From: Lingula anatina | Lineage: Eukaryota; Animalia; Brachiopoda | Length of the DNA: 64,000 nt | Assembly (NCBI GenBank): GCA_051362555.1 | Contig: CM120647.1 | Location: forward strand, 20,064,651 to 20,128,650 | Reading direction: 5' to 3' | Shown: positions 1-12,700 of the stretch, one piece after another | How the letters are laid out: every line of letters begins with the position of its first letter | Numbering within the stretch: position 1 is the stretch's first letter | Translations under genes and position numbers: made by a program | The notes under the pieces: model-generated | What the model was told of the DNA's origin: nothing | The model's database searches: none | What the model saw: the letters and a program-made list of their open reading frames with translations, nothing else

Positions 1-1141
1 AAGTAAACTCTCTATCGCATGCAGAATACCGTTAGCTGTTATTTTATGTACATATATGTGGTACTTTGGTGTCTTTTTAATGGTTTTAGGACAGAGAGAC
101 ATTGTATTTATAGCATAACTTTTATCTAAAATACCCCTGTTTAGTGGACATCATGGTATTTTTGTCTCGATGTGAGCAATTTATTTCACAAAAGGCAGTT
201 TTACATGCTGTATGACCATTGCAATATAGTGTTAAAGGTGTGTCCATGTCCCAGTTTGAGTGATATCAGAATTAATGTATTTTGAATAACCGTTTGAATA
301 TAAATCTTCTTTTGAAAACAGAATTTCCGAATATATGATTCGCGGCTGCCTTTTGGAGTTGTCCTTTAACAAATACTTAACCTGAATAAAAATTTCGAAA
401 TTTGGCTTTTCAGATTAAACAAAGCAGTCATTCTCTGTGATCTTAGCCTAAAGCCTTGCGTGCAGCCTTGATATGCCTCACGACAAAGCATATGGGGTTA
501 ATTTTTCCACATTTCAATTGGGCGATGCATTTACATTTTAATGTAATTAAAATAACTTAGATTCAAACCAAATGAAATGATATACCTGTAATAATGAAAC
601 AAATAGAGTGAATGAAGTTATTATCAAATTGGAGGAGGAACATTCAGAGACATGTAACGCAACTTAAAGTTACGCAAACTCAAGTATTTCTTTTAGGATC
701 TGAAACCGATCCTTGTCTGGACCCAATACTGCGGAGTGGCACAGCTTTTACTCTTTCTTTGAGGATCTGAAGCCAAACTTGGGGATTCTGTATTCTGACC
801 GCTCCCTGATGCTTTTCAAGAAAACATTTGGTAACGGCTGAAATGTCATTACCCTACATGTAGGTAATGGATTTTGATGGTGCGTATTCATTAACTTAAT
901 GCAGTATTTAATTGTAATATTTAATCTATTTTTGTATTGACTCCATTATTTGAACACGAAAATTCGGTTGATACATTTATTACTGTGGATTAAGTTCAGC
1001 CATACTAAGATATGGGGCGACTTTTAAACATAGCACTTAATCTTTTGAAATATTCAGTTATTTTTATGTAAAAACGACTGTCCAAAAATGAAACAAAACT
1101 AAGAACACAATGATCAATGATCTTGTCACTTCCTGTATTTC

Positions 1142-1147
1142 TTTATT
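1142..1147 (-). promoter_or_regulatory. Putative polyadenylation signal AATAAA of pentraxin copy 1 (paralogous site 9477-9482)
   Basis: AATAAA on the minus strand ~250 nt past the stop codon, conserved in both duplicates. Confidence 0.4.
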
Positions 1148-1391
1148 GAACACTTGACATCTGTTCATAATAAAAGTAATATTTATGCGGAGAAGAACAA
1201 AGTGATGTTGCTGTTTTAAGTTTGAGTCATAGAGGGCATTACCTCCATATTGCATGCAAAGATATCCAAGAAAAAGATAAGTAAAATGAGTTTTGAAACA
1301 AATGACTTTAGTCACAATATTCTAATTCTGAGACCCTTGAATTCTTAAAATATAAAAAACAGACGACATAGTTTAGAAAACTGTGTAAAAT

Positions 1392-4300
1392 TTAACAATG
1401 CTCCTCGTATGTTGCGACCTTGAAATTTAACTTGGTGACAGTATCCCACGACACGAGACTCCCCTCGTTACTATTGGCACATATTGCCAGACCGGGAATG
1501 TCGACTTTATCATGGTCCCAGACGTTGATACCGCCCACGAACCCGACAAACGAAGGGCGCTTCACATACCCCCCTTCCCGTGCTTCGGTATGGGTGTGAC
1601 CCACGATCCAGTCGCCACCTGGAAAAATAATCAATGTTAATCAAAATATGTCATCAAAATTGGTACAGTAAATAGAAAACCACGTAGCGGATATAGCTAC
1701 GTGCTTAGATATACGGACAAGGAAATTATAAGATAAATATGTTTTAAAAAGAGAATGAACAATTAAATAAACGAACGTGCTTAAAAGGAAACACAGCAAA
1801 AAATGAATAATAATAATAAAGAAAGTATAACATTTATATAACCAAATATTTTATTGTTATGCTATGCTAACTCTCCGTGTTTGCTGGGGAATATGTCTTA
1901 TTTTTTATTTATTGTTCAATTTTATCGACTTCTCAAAAGTGAACACTCAATAGTTGTGAAGAATGTTTCATTTACAAAGAGATTGGCAGATTGTACTGTA
2001 GCTGGTAGAAATTCAAATCAACGATAATACATACCGTAGATGTTATAATAAGAACTTCCTGGGAATTTCAATTTGGAACATCACCTTTTGTCTTTTTAAT
2101 TTTTAAATTAAAGGTTAATCATCAGCATTTGACTTTTATATGAAACAATCTAGGGACAAAAGATTGATGAGAAATTGAAAAGAAACCAGGAGCATTAGCT
2201 TTTATAAATCCTATTAGTGTTTCCTCGCTATATAAGATTAAGGGCTAGTGCGTTTTTATGTCACTTCATATCTCTTACCACCGGGTATGTAAGAAGCATT
2301 CACAGGGCGACTCAGCGCGTGGAGACCATCCCTGTAGATATTCATCTCTCCCTCGTCACTACTCCACATGACGCACCAGTGGTGCCAGTTCCCATCGGCC
2401 GGTAGGGGCGCTTCGGCATGAGGGCCCCCGTTCAGGACTCGGACGCCATTCAAAATCACGGAGTATCCGTGACCGGTAGGACTGTAGGCAAGCTCTATAC
2501 TGCGAGGATAACGTTCTGAACCGTAGGACAAAACAGGGCCGCTTGTGGTCCTTATGCTCTTAATCCAAATACAGAGCGTAAAAGCGTCCATATTGGGCGT
2601 TGTTGCCTGCAGGTGTGACCAGCGGAGGACATTTTGTGGTGCAGGAAAGTAAAGAACACGACCGCCACCTGAAAGAAAAAATGTACAAATGAATTTTAAT
2701 AATCTCAATAACAAAGAGTAGAGTTTTAAAAATTAAAACAAAAGCTGGCAATTTATTCAGTATGCATGTGAAATATGGTTGAACATCAAAATACTGAAAT
2801 GACGTCATATTTTGTCATGTTAACGATGTTTAGTGTCTACTATGAGAATGGTTATGGTGAACGATGTCGTTTCAAAATCTCTACTCATAAAATGCAGAAG
2901 GTTGTGTGCCCGGAATGCGGCTATTTTGTTGTTGGTATTTTTGTAACGGTGCAAAATTGTCTTTTTGTTACTGCCTTAAATTTAACCATATATGGGCAGC
3001 ATGTTAATGTTATTTCAATAGTTCCTTTTTTCTTTCTCGTTATAAAGTGAAATTATAGTAGTTATTATGTTTTTTTTTTCTTTTTTTTTTTTGTCCGTTT
3101 GCATGTATTTGTATTATCGCTAATAGCCTATACAACATTCAAGCATCCAAATTTAAAAGGCGATGGGGAGGGTATATTAACATGAATGCGCCATTACTTG
3201 CATTTCAGGGATCACCTTTTTAAGAACTTAATATTCACACGTTTTCCATTCCTGAACTAGTTTGAATAACGGCTTTTATTGACGATATACCGGTAGTTCT
3301 TGACACTATTCGTCACGTGTTTGGCAAAAAATCGTTTTTATTTATTTATTTATTTATTTTTAAATTGTGGTAATGTATGGTGTTTTGCTGACCGTTGTAC
3401 ATTTGCGTTTTCAGACACTCAAGATAACCATCTGGACCGCTTTACCCGCTATATTATGATCCACTGATAGAATTAATGTACTTAATGTGTGATTGCACGC
3501 TGTTTGCCGGGACCCCCAGCTTTTCTGTTAACATAGACACGCTGATAACTATTCAGAATGGTCGGACATTTGGACCGGCAATAATGAAAAATTTGCGGGA
3601 CCGAATGGATTTTTGTCGGACTGAAAATCACTCTGTTGGTTTGAGACATATACTACTAGTATGATTAGGGTAGCTTACGTTTTTTCCCTTCTTTGTGAAT
3701 GTGATAGGTTTGAAATGGAAGGGAAAAAACGCTTTGGGTCTTATATAATTTATGTCGAATGATGACTGTAAATTCAAAATTGCGGCTCTTAAAACTCTTG
3801 TCCAATTTTTTACCGGCCCAGACAAATTTTGCCGGTCGTGACCGATCGGACCGACAGTTTCAGCATGTCTGTAACATTTACAGAATTTTAAAATACTAAT
3901 TTCATTCATCTCCGGTGAAACATGGAACTTCATAGCTGGTATTGCATAACACTGTTATTATATCACCATTACTGTGTGTGATTGCGTAAACCTTTAAATG
4001 GAATTAAAACATAAACTATTTCCTTTTCTGCTAAAATGCGCTCAGTATTTCATTAAGGTGACTATTACTTAATTTTCTTGGGTCAAAGCAGATGACGATT
4101 GGTTCATGTGAAGGAAAGGTTTAGTGGGGCGAATATTGCATGGTAAAAGTGACAGATAATGGATTGCGATTCAGAATGACAATTTTTTCGACTAACAATA
4201 AGTTATATTGTACTTTACTACGCGAAAAGCCAAACTGTTTTAAAAGAGAGGACCAAAACTGCGTACAGAAATATATTCTTAAGAGGTTTAGTTTTTTTCG

Positions 4301-6639
4301 TCCAGGTATTTTAACATATTTTCCCTCGTTCTCTTTTGGATGAAAAAAATCTGTAAAGACTTTATTAACTTCTTTTCTAACTTGCGTTGATGAACTTATT
4401 TTCTTACTTGCGTTGAGAAACTTTTCTGGTATAGGGCCACCTTTTGAAAGTTCAGTAATAGTGTAGATCTGTGTCAGCAGGCAGCAAGAATCATGTTCCA
4501 CAAACCAAAAGGAAATGGCTCTTAATTGTCATTGCCCCACCCTACAATTTTTACCGTTATTAGGCTTGGGTCGTGTAGTAAATGCCACATTTCTCCTTTC
4601 AACAAAGTAAACTTATGTCGAATACATGTGTTTCCTAAGGAAAATTTCAGGATATCCAGATTCAGAGGGATAGAACAATGCAATTAGATATACGAGTATC
4701 AAAACAATGACCACTATAAATTCGAGAAAAGAACATTCTCATTGGCTATTCCTCAAATAGACCCATACTAACCTGGATAAGCTGATGAAAAAGCAACACA
4801 AGCAGCCAAGACCAACGTCATGGTCAAAACCGACGCCTGTCAAAACACACCTAGGCAGCAGTGACCTACGTATTTATGTGCGATGATATGACACTTAGAT
4901 CGCTCTACTACAGTGGGGTTCCAAATGTATTGCATCATTTCACTTGAAGTTTAACAACTGCTGGATTTCCTAGGTTTTTCAATTGGTATTTTATTGCACC
5001 GTATTTATGCCAAGTTAGTTCCCTTAGCAACATTTTTACAGAGCAGTGCTTTGCCCTTACGAAGCACATGTTATTATGTTTGTTAGTATTAACCTTCTGT
5101 AGGATAGCAGCGTGAAGTCATTATGGCCACCACCCTTGTGGGCATGGACTGCTAAATGTACAGTTATCTTTTGGGAGGTATGTTGCTGCAGGTTCTTAAG
5201 ACCAATCCTTGAGTCCCTTTATAGTGCGAATGGATATAAAAATAATGATCACAGCTGGGGCAATTATTTTGTCACCCCTCTGTAGATTCTATTTCAAGTC
5301 ATTAGTTGAAGACTGGACCTACATTACTTTTTTTGAAACACTGCTCAAAAGAATCATTGTACTGATATCTCTAAGGAATCAGTAACGGTCCCAAAATTAT
5401 CTCAAAAAATGAATTATTGTACGCTGTCTGAACATTGGATTGTAATGGAATGTTTTTCTCATCGGCCTCAATATCATTACCGGTGTCCATGTATTGCATT
5501 TTAAACATCCCTTAAAATATGAATTGTATTTTGAAGTTATATTTTGAAACTTTATAAATTAATTGGCTCCTCCTTTTGAATTATATTTTCAGTTGGACTT
5601 TTAAAGACTAAAATAGCTTTTCAAATACCAATTTGAAATGCTGACGTATGATAGATAAATAAGATTTAAAACGTCTTTGTGTCATAATAAGTGACAAATT
5701 GAATATCTTCATAATAAGGCACAAAAGGTCATTTGTGCAATTGTATTTGCGGTTTAAACAGCTATTTATTTTTCCTGAGACGCGTGCGCTTCCTCAGAAA
5801 AAAAAAAACGAATTTCCCAATTCCAAATCCAAAACGTAAAATAACACTGGCTGTTAATTGCATGTCTTGGGCAAACCAAATACCTGGACAGCGACTTGTT
5901 GTCTAAAAAGTTCCAAGGTCATTTCAATATCAGTAGATATCACACGGTCATCTACATGTTTGATTGATACAAGAACTAGTGGCACCAATGTGCTCACCAC
6001 TTCTACGAACAAAGCGCCCCCTATCAAATAATTGTTCCTATGATAGCAAGACAAAATAACTTAAAAACACAAAAACGAAATTGTTTTTACGATGTACAGA
6101 ATATACGTACAAATATGGTGATGGTTTACAGCCAAATTTACCCAAAGAATAATAAATGCAAGCATAAAATACTAAATAAATAAATGTCAAATGGATATTT
6201 TGCTAGTGAAGACACCACTTTAACAGACCTTGTACCCAGGCACACACTCTATTTTGCTAATGAATCATACTCCAAGCTTCATGTGCAGTCTGCTTTTGTA
6301 ATATATTTCAAAGTAGTATGAAATAATATAAATACGTTTTCTACAATACATCAAAATTACTCGCACTTACTGAAACCAGAACGAAAAAGAAGGGTACATA
6401 TAAGCAAATTGCTATCCACTTACATTTCGATAGGTAGAAGAGTCAATACCGCATGGTGAATACCTCCGATTTAAATTGCATCATGCCAATGCACAAATTT
6501 CTGAAATATTTCCAATAACTTTAAATGGAGTTTTTGTAAGAATTGAAAAGCAACAAATAAAAACCATACCTGTAGTAAGCGCTGGACTAACAATACAAGA
6601 GGTCAAGACTAGCGCTGAAAGAACTGAATATCCCAGCAT
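1392..6639 (-). CDS. Secreted short pentraxin-like protein, copy 1 (228 aa); exons 6639-6570, 2668-2279, 1618-1392
   Basis: Exon 1 encodes signal peptide MLGYSVLSALVLTSCIVSPALTT. GT-AG phase-1 junctions; exons 70+390+227=687 nt, open. Pentraxin motifs FTLCIWIK, HWCVMWSS, IYRDG, SFVGFVGGINVWD, GSLVSW and a C-terminal Cys. Confidence 0.9.
3534..3871. mobile_element. hAT-like non-autonomous element (MITE), 338 bp, 5-bp TSD TAACA
   Basis: Termini TAGACACGCTGA ... TCAGCATGTCTG, subterminal GGACCG repeats, TAACA on both sides; the paralogous site (~11891) has a single TAACA. Confidence 0.75.
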
Positions 6640-6697
6640 GACGGTGCCTCTCAAGACGAGAAGTAAGAGTAGGTACAATTATAACTGTGTCCCACAC

Positions 6698-6705
6698 TAT
6701 TTATA
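6698..6705 (-). promoter_or_regulatory. Candidate TATA box (TATAAATA) of pentraxin copy 1; paralogue at 17276-17283
   Basis: ~60 nt upstream of the ATG; TATA-like words occur at a similar position in copies 3 and 4. An upstream non-coding exon cannot be excluded. Confidence 0.4.
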
Positions 6706-7329
6706 ATGAACTGACATATCTAGTGATCTTGATGAGATCAATCGTCAAGTGAATCTTTTTTTAATGTATCCCACCACGAACCATAATTATAAAAATGCAT
6801 GTTTTCTTTCTCGTACTAATCCCTCTGCAGCACGATTAACTCATGGGTAGTAGTGTAAGGACATTTTAATGTTAAAACGCTGGTGAACCAACACCAGTCA
6901 CATACACCAGAACCAAGTTGTAAAACGAGCGAATTGAATAGATGCTTTTCAGGTCACACCCTTATTTAAGGTATATGACATTCACATATTTTGGTATTGA
7001 TAAACTTTAGAGAGCTATATCAGAATAAACATGTAGACTCTTAGTCAAAAGTTATCAAAATATATCTTCGAAATAAAAGGGCAGAAAAAGGGATTGGCAC
7101 ATTTTTATTTAGAACTTTTAGAACTAACTTAAATAAGTTATATTATATTCTCACGTGCGTCTTTTAATCGAAAAATCCACTTTGTCAACTTTAAATCTTA
7201 AACTTGTAAAGAACACTTGTTGAGAACTGCATGACTTGTACCAATCATTTACCTTAACAGTGATTTTTTTCACTAATAAGGTCTAAGGTTATTTCAGATC
7301 GGCAGATGTCACTTCACTATCAATAAACT

Positions 7330-7760
7330 TGTGTTTGATTGATAAAGGGGCTAATGGCACTTAAGCAGGGTACATTGCAAATTGGTACAAAATGGTTGCA
7401 AAAATGTTTGAACGCCTTAACTGTCAATCAAAGGATTGCGCTGGCCATTCGGGATCTGGATGTGGTTCACATATTACTAGCCTACTGTTGCGTTGGCTGT
7501 ACGTGAAGTAACATTATTATACTGAAATATCACAAGAGATATTTTCGACCGAATTTCCAGGAGTTGGGTGCGTTGCTCTGCGTTAAGGTTTCCGTTGACC
7601 ACTACCAGCTGGCCTACACAAAGGTAGCCACTACACCTCTGGGGGGACTCTGTGTTTCGTGACACCGGGATGCCACACAGGACAATATTCAACGACAGAG
7701 CAAATTAAACTCTGATATACATAAACGACGTCTGATGAAGGTGGTTTGGCATATTTTATT
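7330..7760 (-). mobile_element. Degraded Tc1/mariner transposase relic
   Basis: Minus-strand remnants GQLVVVNGNLNA and EWPAQSFD (cf. Tc1 WPxxSPDL), with stops and deletions. Confidence 0.55.
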
Positions 7761-9734
7761 TGACGAAAATAATACAACCGTGTGCATGCTTTTATAGATA
7801 TACTCCATATATTCAGAACATTTTAGGCTGTCAGTGATGAAACCAAAATTATTTCATATATAAATAAAGGACAAACTGATAAAAATGTATCATTGAAAGG
7901 GTCAATAAATTAATGGTATTTCATATATTAATAAATGCTTAATAGATAGATAAATAATACATAAACAGATATTTGAACAAACTATCAGATAAAGGATTGA
8001 AATTATCCTTGATAATAAAAATAATAATGACATTAAATTTTATGATAATACAATGTATGTATAATATCATAATATAATAATATCGCTTTTAAGATAAAAT
8101 CAGTGTTACCCTTTAATACATTGATACGGCCTGAAACCATTGACATGCCGATACCTATTGAAATACTGAAAATTATCTCCAAAATAAAAGGGGACAATAT
8201 CATTTTGTACAAATAGTCGAGGAACCTTTAAGAACTAACGTAACGAAGCAATTGCCTTTTTAACACCATGCTTTCTTAATTAGAGAAAATATTATAATTT
8301 GCCAATGAAAACTTTAAACTTAACAATAATTGATTGTGTAAAGTATATGGTTGGTAGAATTCAAACATTTGTATATCAGCTTGTAGGATTTAGTTAAGAT
8401 TAGTATGCAATTTTTCCAATAGGTGTCGCTATATGTAGGTTTAAATGCAGAAAAGATGGCTCCTCGAAAAAATATGTATGCTCTTTTTAGCTCTCTTAGC
8501 CGTTTTCTAGCCTAGTGTGTCGTCACACAGTGCTGACAACCACGTTTTTAAGCAAATAAAAGTGGATGGAGTTATTATCATATTTGAAGAGCAACATTCA
8601 AAAACATGTAACGCAATTAAAGTAACGTGATACTGTGGAGTGGCACAACTTTTATTATTTCTTTGAGGATCTGACGCCAAACGCAATGGGCATTCTGTTT
8701 TCTGATTACTCCCTGATACTTTTCAAGAAAACATTTGGTACCGGCTGAAATGTCATTGCCCTGGGTAATGGATTTTGATGGCGCACATCCATTAACTTAA
8801 TGCTGAATTTAATTGTACTATTTAATCTTTTTTGCATTAACTCCATTGTTTGAACACGGAAATTCAGTATCACACGCAGAATAGCTCTTAAGATTTTTTT
8901 TATTCAAATGGAGTTCTTTCCGAAATAAAAATTTTGTAAAGCGTTCATCGTCATAGAGAAAAAGGTGGATTACACGTACCTGTATGTTTAAAGGCTAAGC
9001 CAGAAACTATACATCTACAAAAGCAAATTAATGTGGATCATGCCATAACCCTGTTAGAGAAAAGACGTTCATATATTTCCTTGTTAACTCTGTTCCACTG
9101 CCAAAACCTGTACGCCAAACCAATCCTGCTAGTAGTGTACATGTATAAAAAACATGATGGTGCTTCTAAACGCTAAAAAAAAAGAAAAGGAATGCTGTTG
9201 TCTGTAGCTCTTTGTCAATGGCATAGCAACTAAGCTTTTTGTGCCATCTGTTACACCAAATGTGTCTCATATAGGGTCTCCGATTGCTATGTTTATTGCT
9301 CTGGATAATGCACAGCCATATTCAGGATAGACCATAGGATGTCGCTTTAAATACGGGATGACTAGTACATATAGTATTAAATCTATTTAAATATTTATTT
9401 TAATGTAAAAACGACTGTCCAAAACAAAACAAAACTATGAACACAATTTAATTGATCTTGTCACTTTCTGTATATCTTTATTGAACACTTGACATCTGTT
9501 CATAATAAAAGTAATATTTGTAATGAGGAAACAAAGTGTAGTTGCTGCTTAAAGATTGCTTCAAAGAGGGCGCCATCCCCATATTGCATGCAAAGATATT
9601 CAAGAAAAAGGTAACTAAAAATGAGAAATGAAATGCCTTTAGTCACACCGGACTAATTCTGAGACCCTGAACTATACTAATGGATTCTTAAAATGTAAAA
9701 ATCAGACGGCATATTTTAGAAAACTGGGCAAAAT

Positions 9735-12700
9735 TCAACAATGCTCCTCGTATGTTGCGACCTTGAAATTTAACTTGGTGACAGTATCCCACGACACGAG
9801 ACTCCCCTCCATAGTATTGGCACATATTGCCATGCCGGGGATGTCGACCTTGACCCTGTCCCAGACGTTGACGCCGCCCACGAACCCGACAAACGTAGGC
9901 CGCTTCACATACCCCCCGGGTCTAGCTTCGGTATGGGTGTGACCCACGATCCAGTCGCCACCTGGAAAAATAATCAAAAATAATCAAAATATGTCGTCGA
10001 ACCTGGCACAATGAATGGAAAGCCATATAGCGGACATAGTTACGTGCTTAGATATACGGACAAGGAAATTATAAGGTAAATATGTTTTAAAAAGAGAATG
10101 AACAATTAAATAAACGAACGAGCTTAAAATGAGAAGACAGCAAAAAATGAATAATAATAAAGAAAGTGTAACATTTATATAACCAAATAGTTTATGGTTA
10201 TGCTATGCTAACGCTCCGTGTTTACTGGGGAATATGTCTTATCTTTTATTTATTGTCCAATTTTATCGACTTCTGAAAAATGAACACTCAATAGCTGTGC
10301 ATAGTGTCTCATTTACAAAGATAACTGGCAGATTGTAGCTGGTAGAAATTCAAATGAACGATAATACATAGATGTTATAATAAGAACCTCCTGCAAATTT
10401 CTATTAGGAACATCAACTTCTGACTTTTAAAGTTTTAAATTAAAGGTCAGTCATCAGCATTTGACTTTTATATGAAACAATCTAGGGACAAAAGATTGAT
10501 GAGAAATTGTAAAGAAACCAGGAGCATTAGCTTTTATAAATCCTATTAGTACTTTTATCATATTCCTATTTTGTCTTTTCTCGCCATATAAGATTAAGGA
10601 ATAGTGCGATTTTATGTCACTTTATATCTCTTACCACCGGGTATGTAAGAAGAATTCACAGGGCGACTCAGCGCGTGGAGACCATCCCTATAGATATTCA
10701 TCTCCCCCTCGTCACTACTCCACGTGACGCACATATGGTGCCAGTTCCCATCGGCCGGTAGGGGCGCTTCGGCATGAGGGACCCCGTTCAGGACTCGGAC
10801 GCCATTCAAAATCACGGAGTATCCGTGACCGGTAGGACTGTAGGCAAGCTCTATACTACGAGGATAGCGTTCTGAACCGTAGGATAAGATAGGGCCACTT
10901 GTAGTCCGGATGGTCTTAATCCAAACACAGATCGTGAAAGCGTCCATATTTGGCGTTGTTGCCTGCAGGTGTGACCAGCGGAGGACATTTTGTGGTGCAG
11001 GAAAGTGAAGAACACGACCGCCACCTGAAAAGAAAAATGCACAATATGAATTGTATTAATCTCAATAACGAAAAGTAGGTTTTAAAAATTAAAACAAAAG
11101 CTGACATTCTATTAAATACGTCAGTGAATTACAGTTGGACATCAAAAGACTGATTTGACGTCATATTTTGTCATGTTAACGATGTTTTGTGTCTACTATG
11201 AGAATGGTTATGATGAATGATGTCGTTTCAAAATCTCCACTCAAAAAATGCAAAACGTTGTGTGTCCTGAATGCGGTTGTTTTGTTGGTGTTATTTTTGT
11301 AACGGAGGAAAAATTGTCTTTTTGTTACTGCCTGAAAATACACCCATATATCGTCAGCATGTTAATGATAGTTCAGTGATACCTTTATTCTTTCTCGTTA
11401 TAAAGTAAAATTATAGCACTTATTCTTTTTTTCCTTTTCAAGCATCCAAATTTAATGAGGCGATGGGGAGGGTATATTTCAATCTTTCTCTAAGCAAGTT
11501 GCGCTGCCGTTTTCAAATTATAAATGAATGCGCCATTACTTGCATTTCAGGGATCACCTTTTTAAAAACTTCTAATTAAAATATTCACAAGTTTTCCATT
11601 CCTCAACTAGTTTGAACAACGGCTTTGACTATATACCGGTAGTTCTAGACACTATTCGTCGCGTGTTTGGCAAAAATCCGATGTGTCTTTTTTCTTATTT
11701 ACCTATTTATTTGTATATTTATTTTTAAATTGTTGTAATGTATGGTGTTTTTCTGACCGTTAGACATTTGTGTTTTCAGTCACAGATAACCATCTGCACC
11801 GCTTTACCCGCTACATTATGATCCACTGATAGAGTTAATGTACTTAATGAGTGATTGCACGATGTTTGCTGGGATCCCCAGCTTTTCTGTTAACACTAAA
11901 AAAATTAAATACTTATTTCATAGCTGATATTGCATAAAATTACTGTGTGTGCTTGCGTACATAAACTATTTCCTTTTCTACTAAAACGCGCTCAGTATAT
12001 CATTAAGGTGACTATTACTTAATTTTCTTGGGTCAAAGCAGATTACGATTGGTTCATGTGAAGGAAAGGTATAGTGGGGCGAATATTGCATGTAAAAAGT
12101 GACGGTAATGGATTGCAATTACAAATGACTATTTTTTCCAGTCACAATAAGTAATATTGTATTTTACTGCGCGAAAAGCCCAACTGTTTTAAAAGAGAGG
12201 ACCAAAACTGCGTTCAGAAATATATTCTTAAGAGATTCAGTTTTTTTTTTCGTCCAAAAGAGAACGAGGCAAAATATGTTAAAATACCTTTAAGTGCACA
12301 TATATTAAACTACTCTTTGCTGCAGTCTTCCTCCTTACCACTAGGTGGAGTTGTGGTCAAAATAATATTATAGACTGGCCTGGCCTGTGTCCCCCCTCCC
12401 CCTCCTCCATCACGGCTCACTGTCACTGTAGATTTCCTGCTAGAGATATTTTCCATGATTCTGCGTTTAAGATTGTCATTTTCACTGCACAAGATCTTCG
12501 TGGTCAAACAATAGCACTAATATGGGCGGCGGTTTATAAAAAATTTAAAACACGATTAGTCGTCGTCGTTATCAGATTCGTCGAATTCAAAACACGATTA
12601 GTCGTCGTCGTTATCAGATTCGTCGAATTCAAAACACGATTAGTCGTCGTCGTTATCAGATCAGTCGGCAAAATACTACGACTAGTAGTCGTCAAAACGC

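Noticed and set aside
5854-6054. Conserved intronic ORF (also 16401-16829) as an extra pentraxin exon
   Set aside because: Conservation is explained by the duplication; a fragment recurs at ~22760-22805 as a repeat; the 3-exon model is complete and matches copies 3 and 4.
12547-12660. 42-bp direct repeats resembling a CRISPR array or a repeat protein ORF
   Set aside because: Head-to-tail units without unique spacers, inside a transposon arm in eukaryotic DNA; no cas genes.
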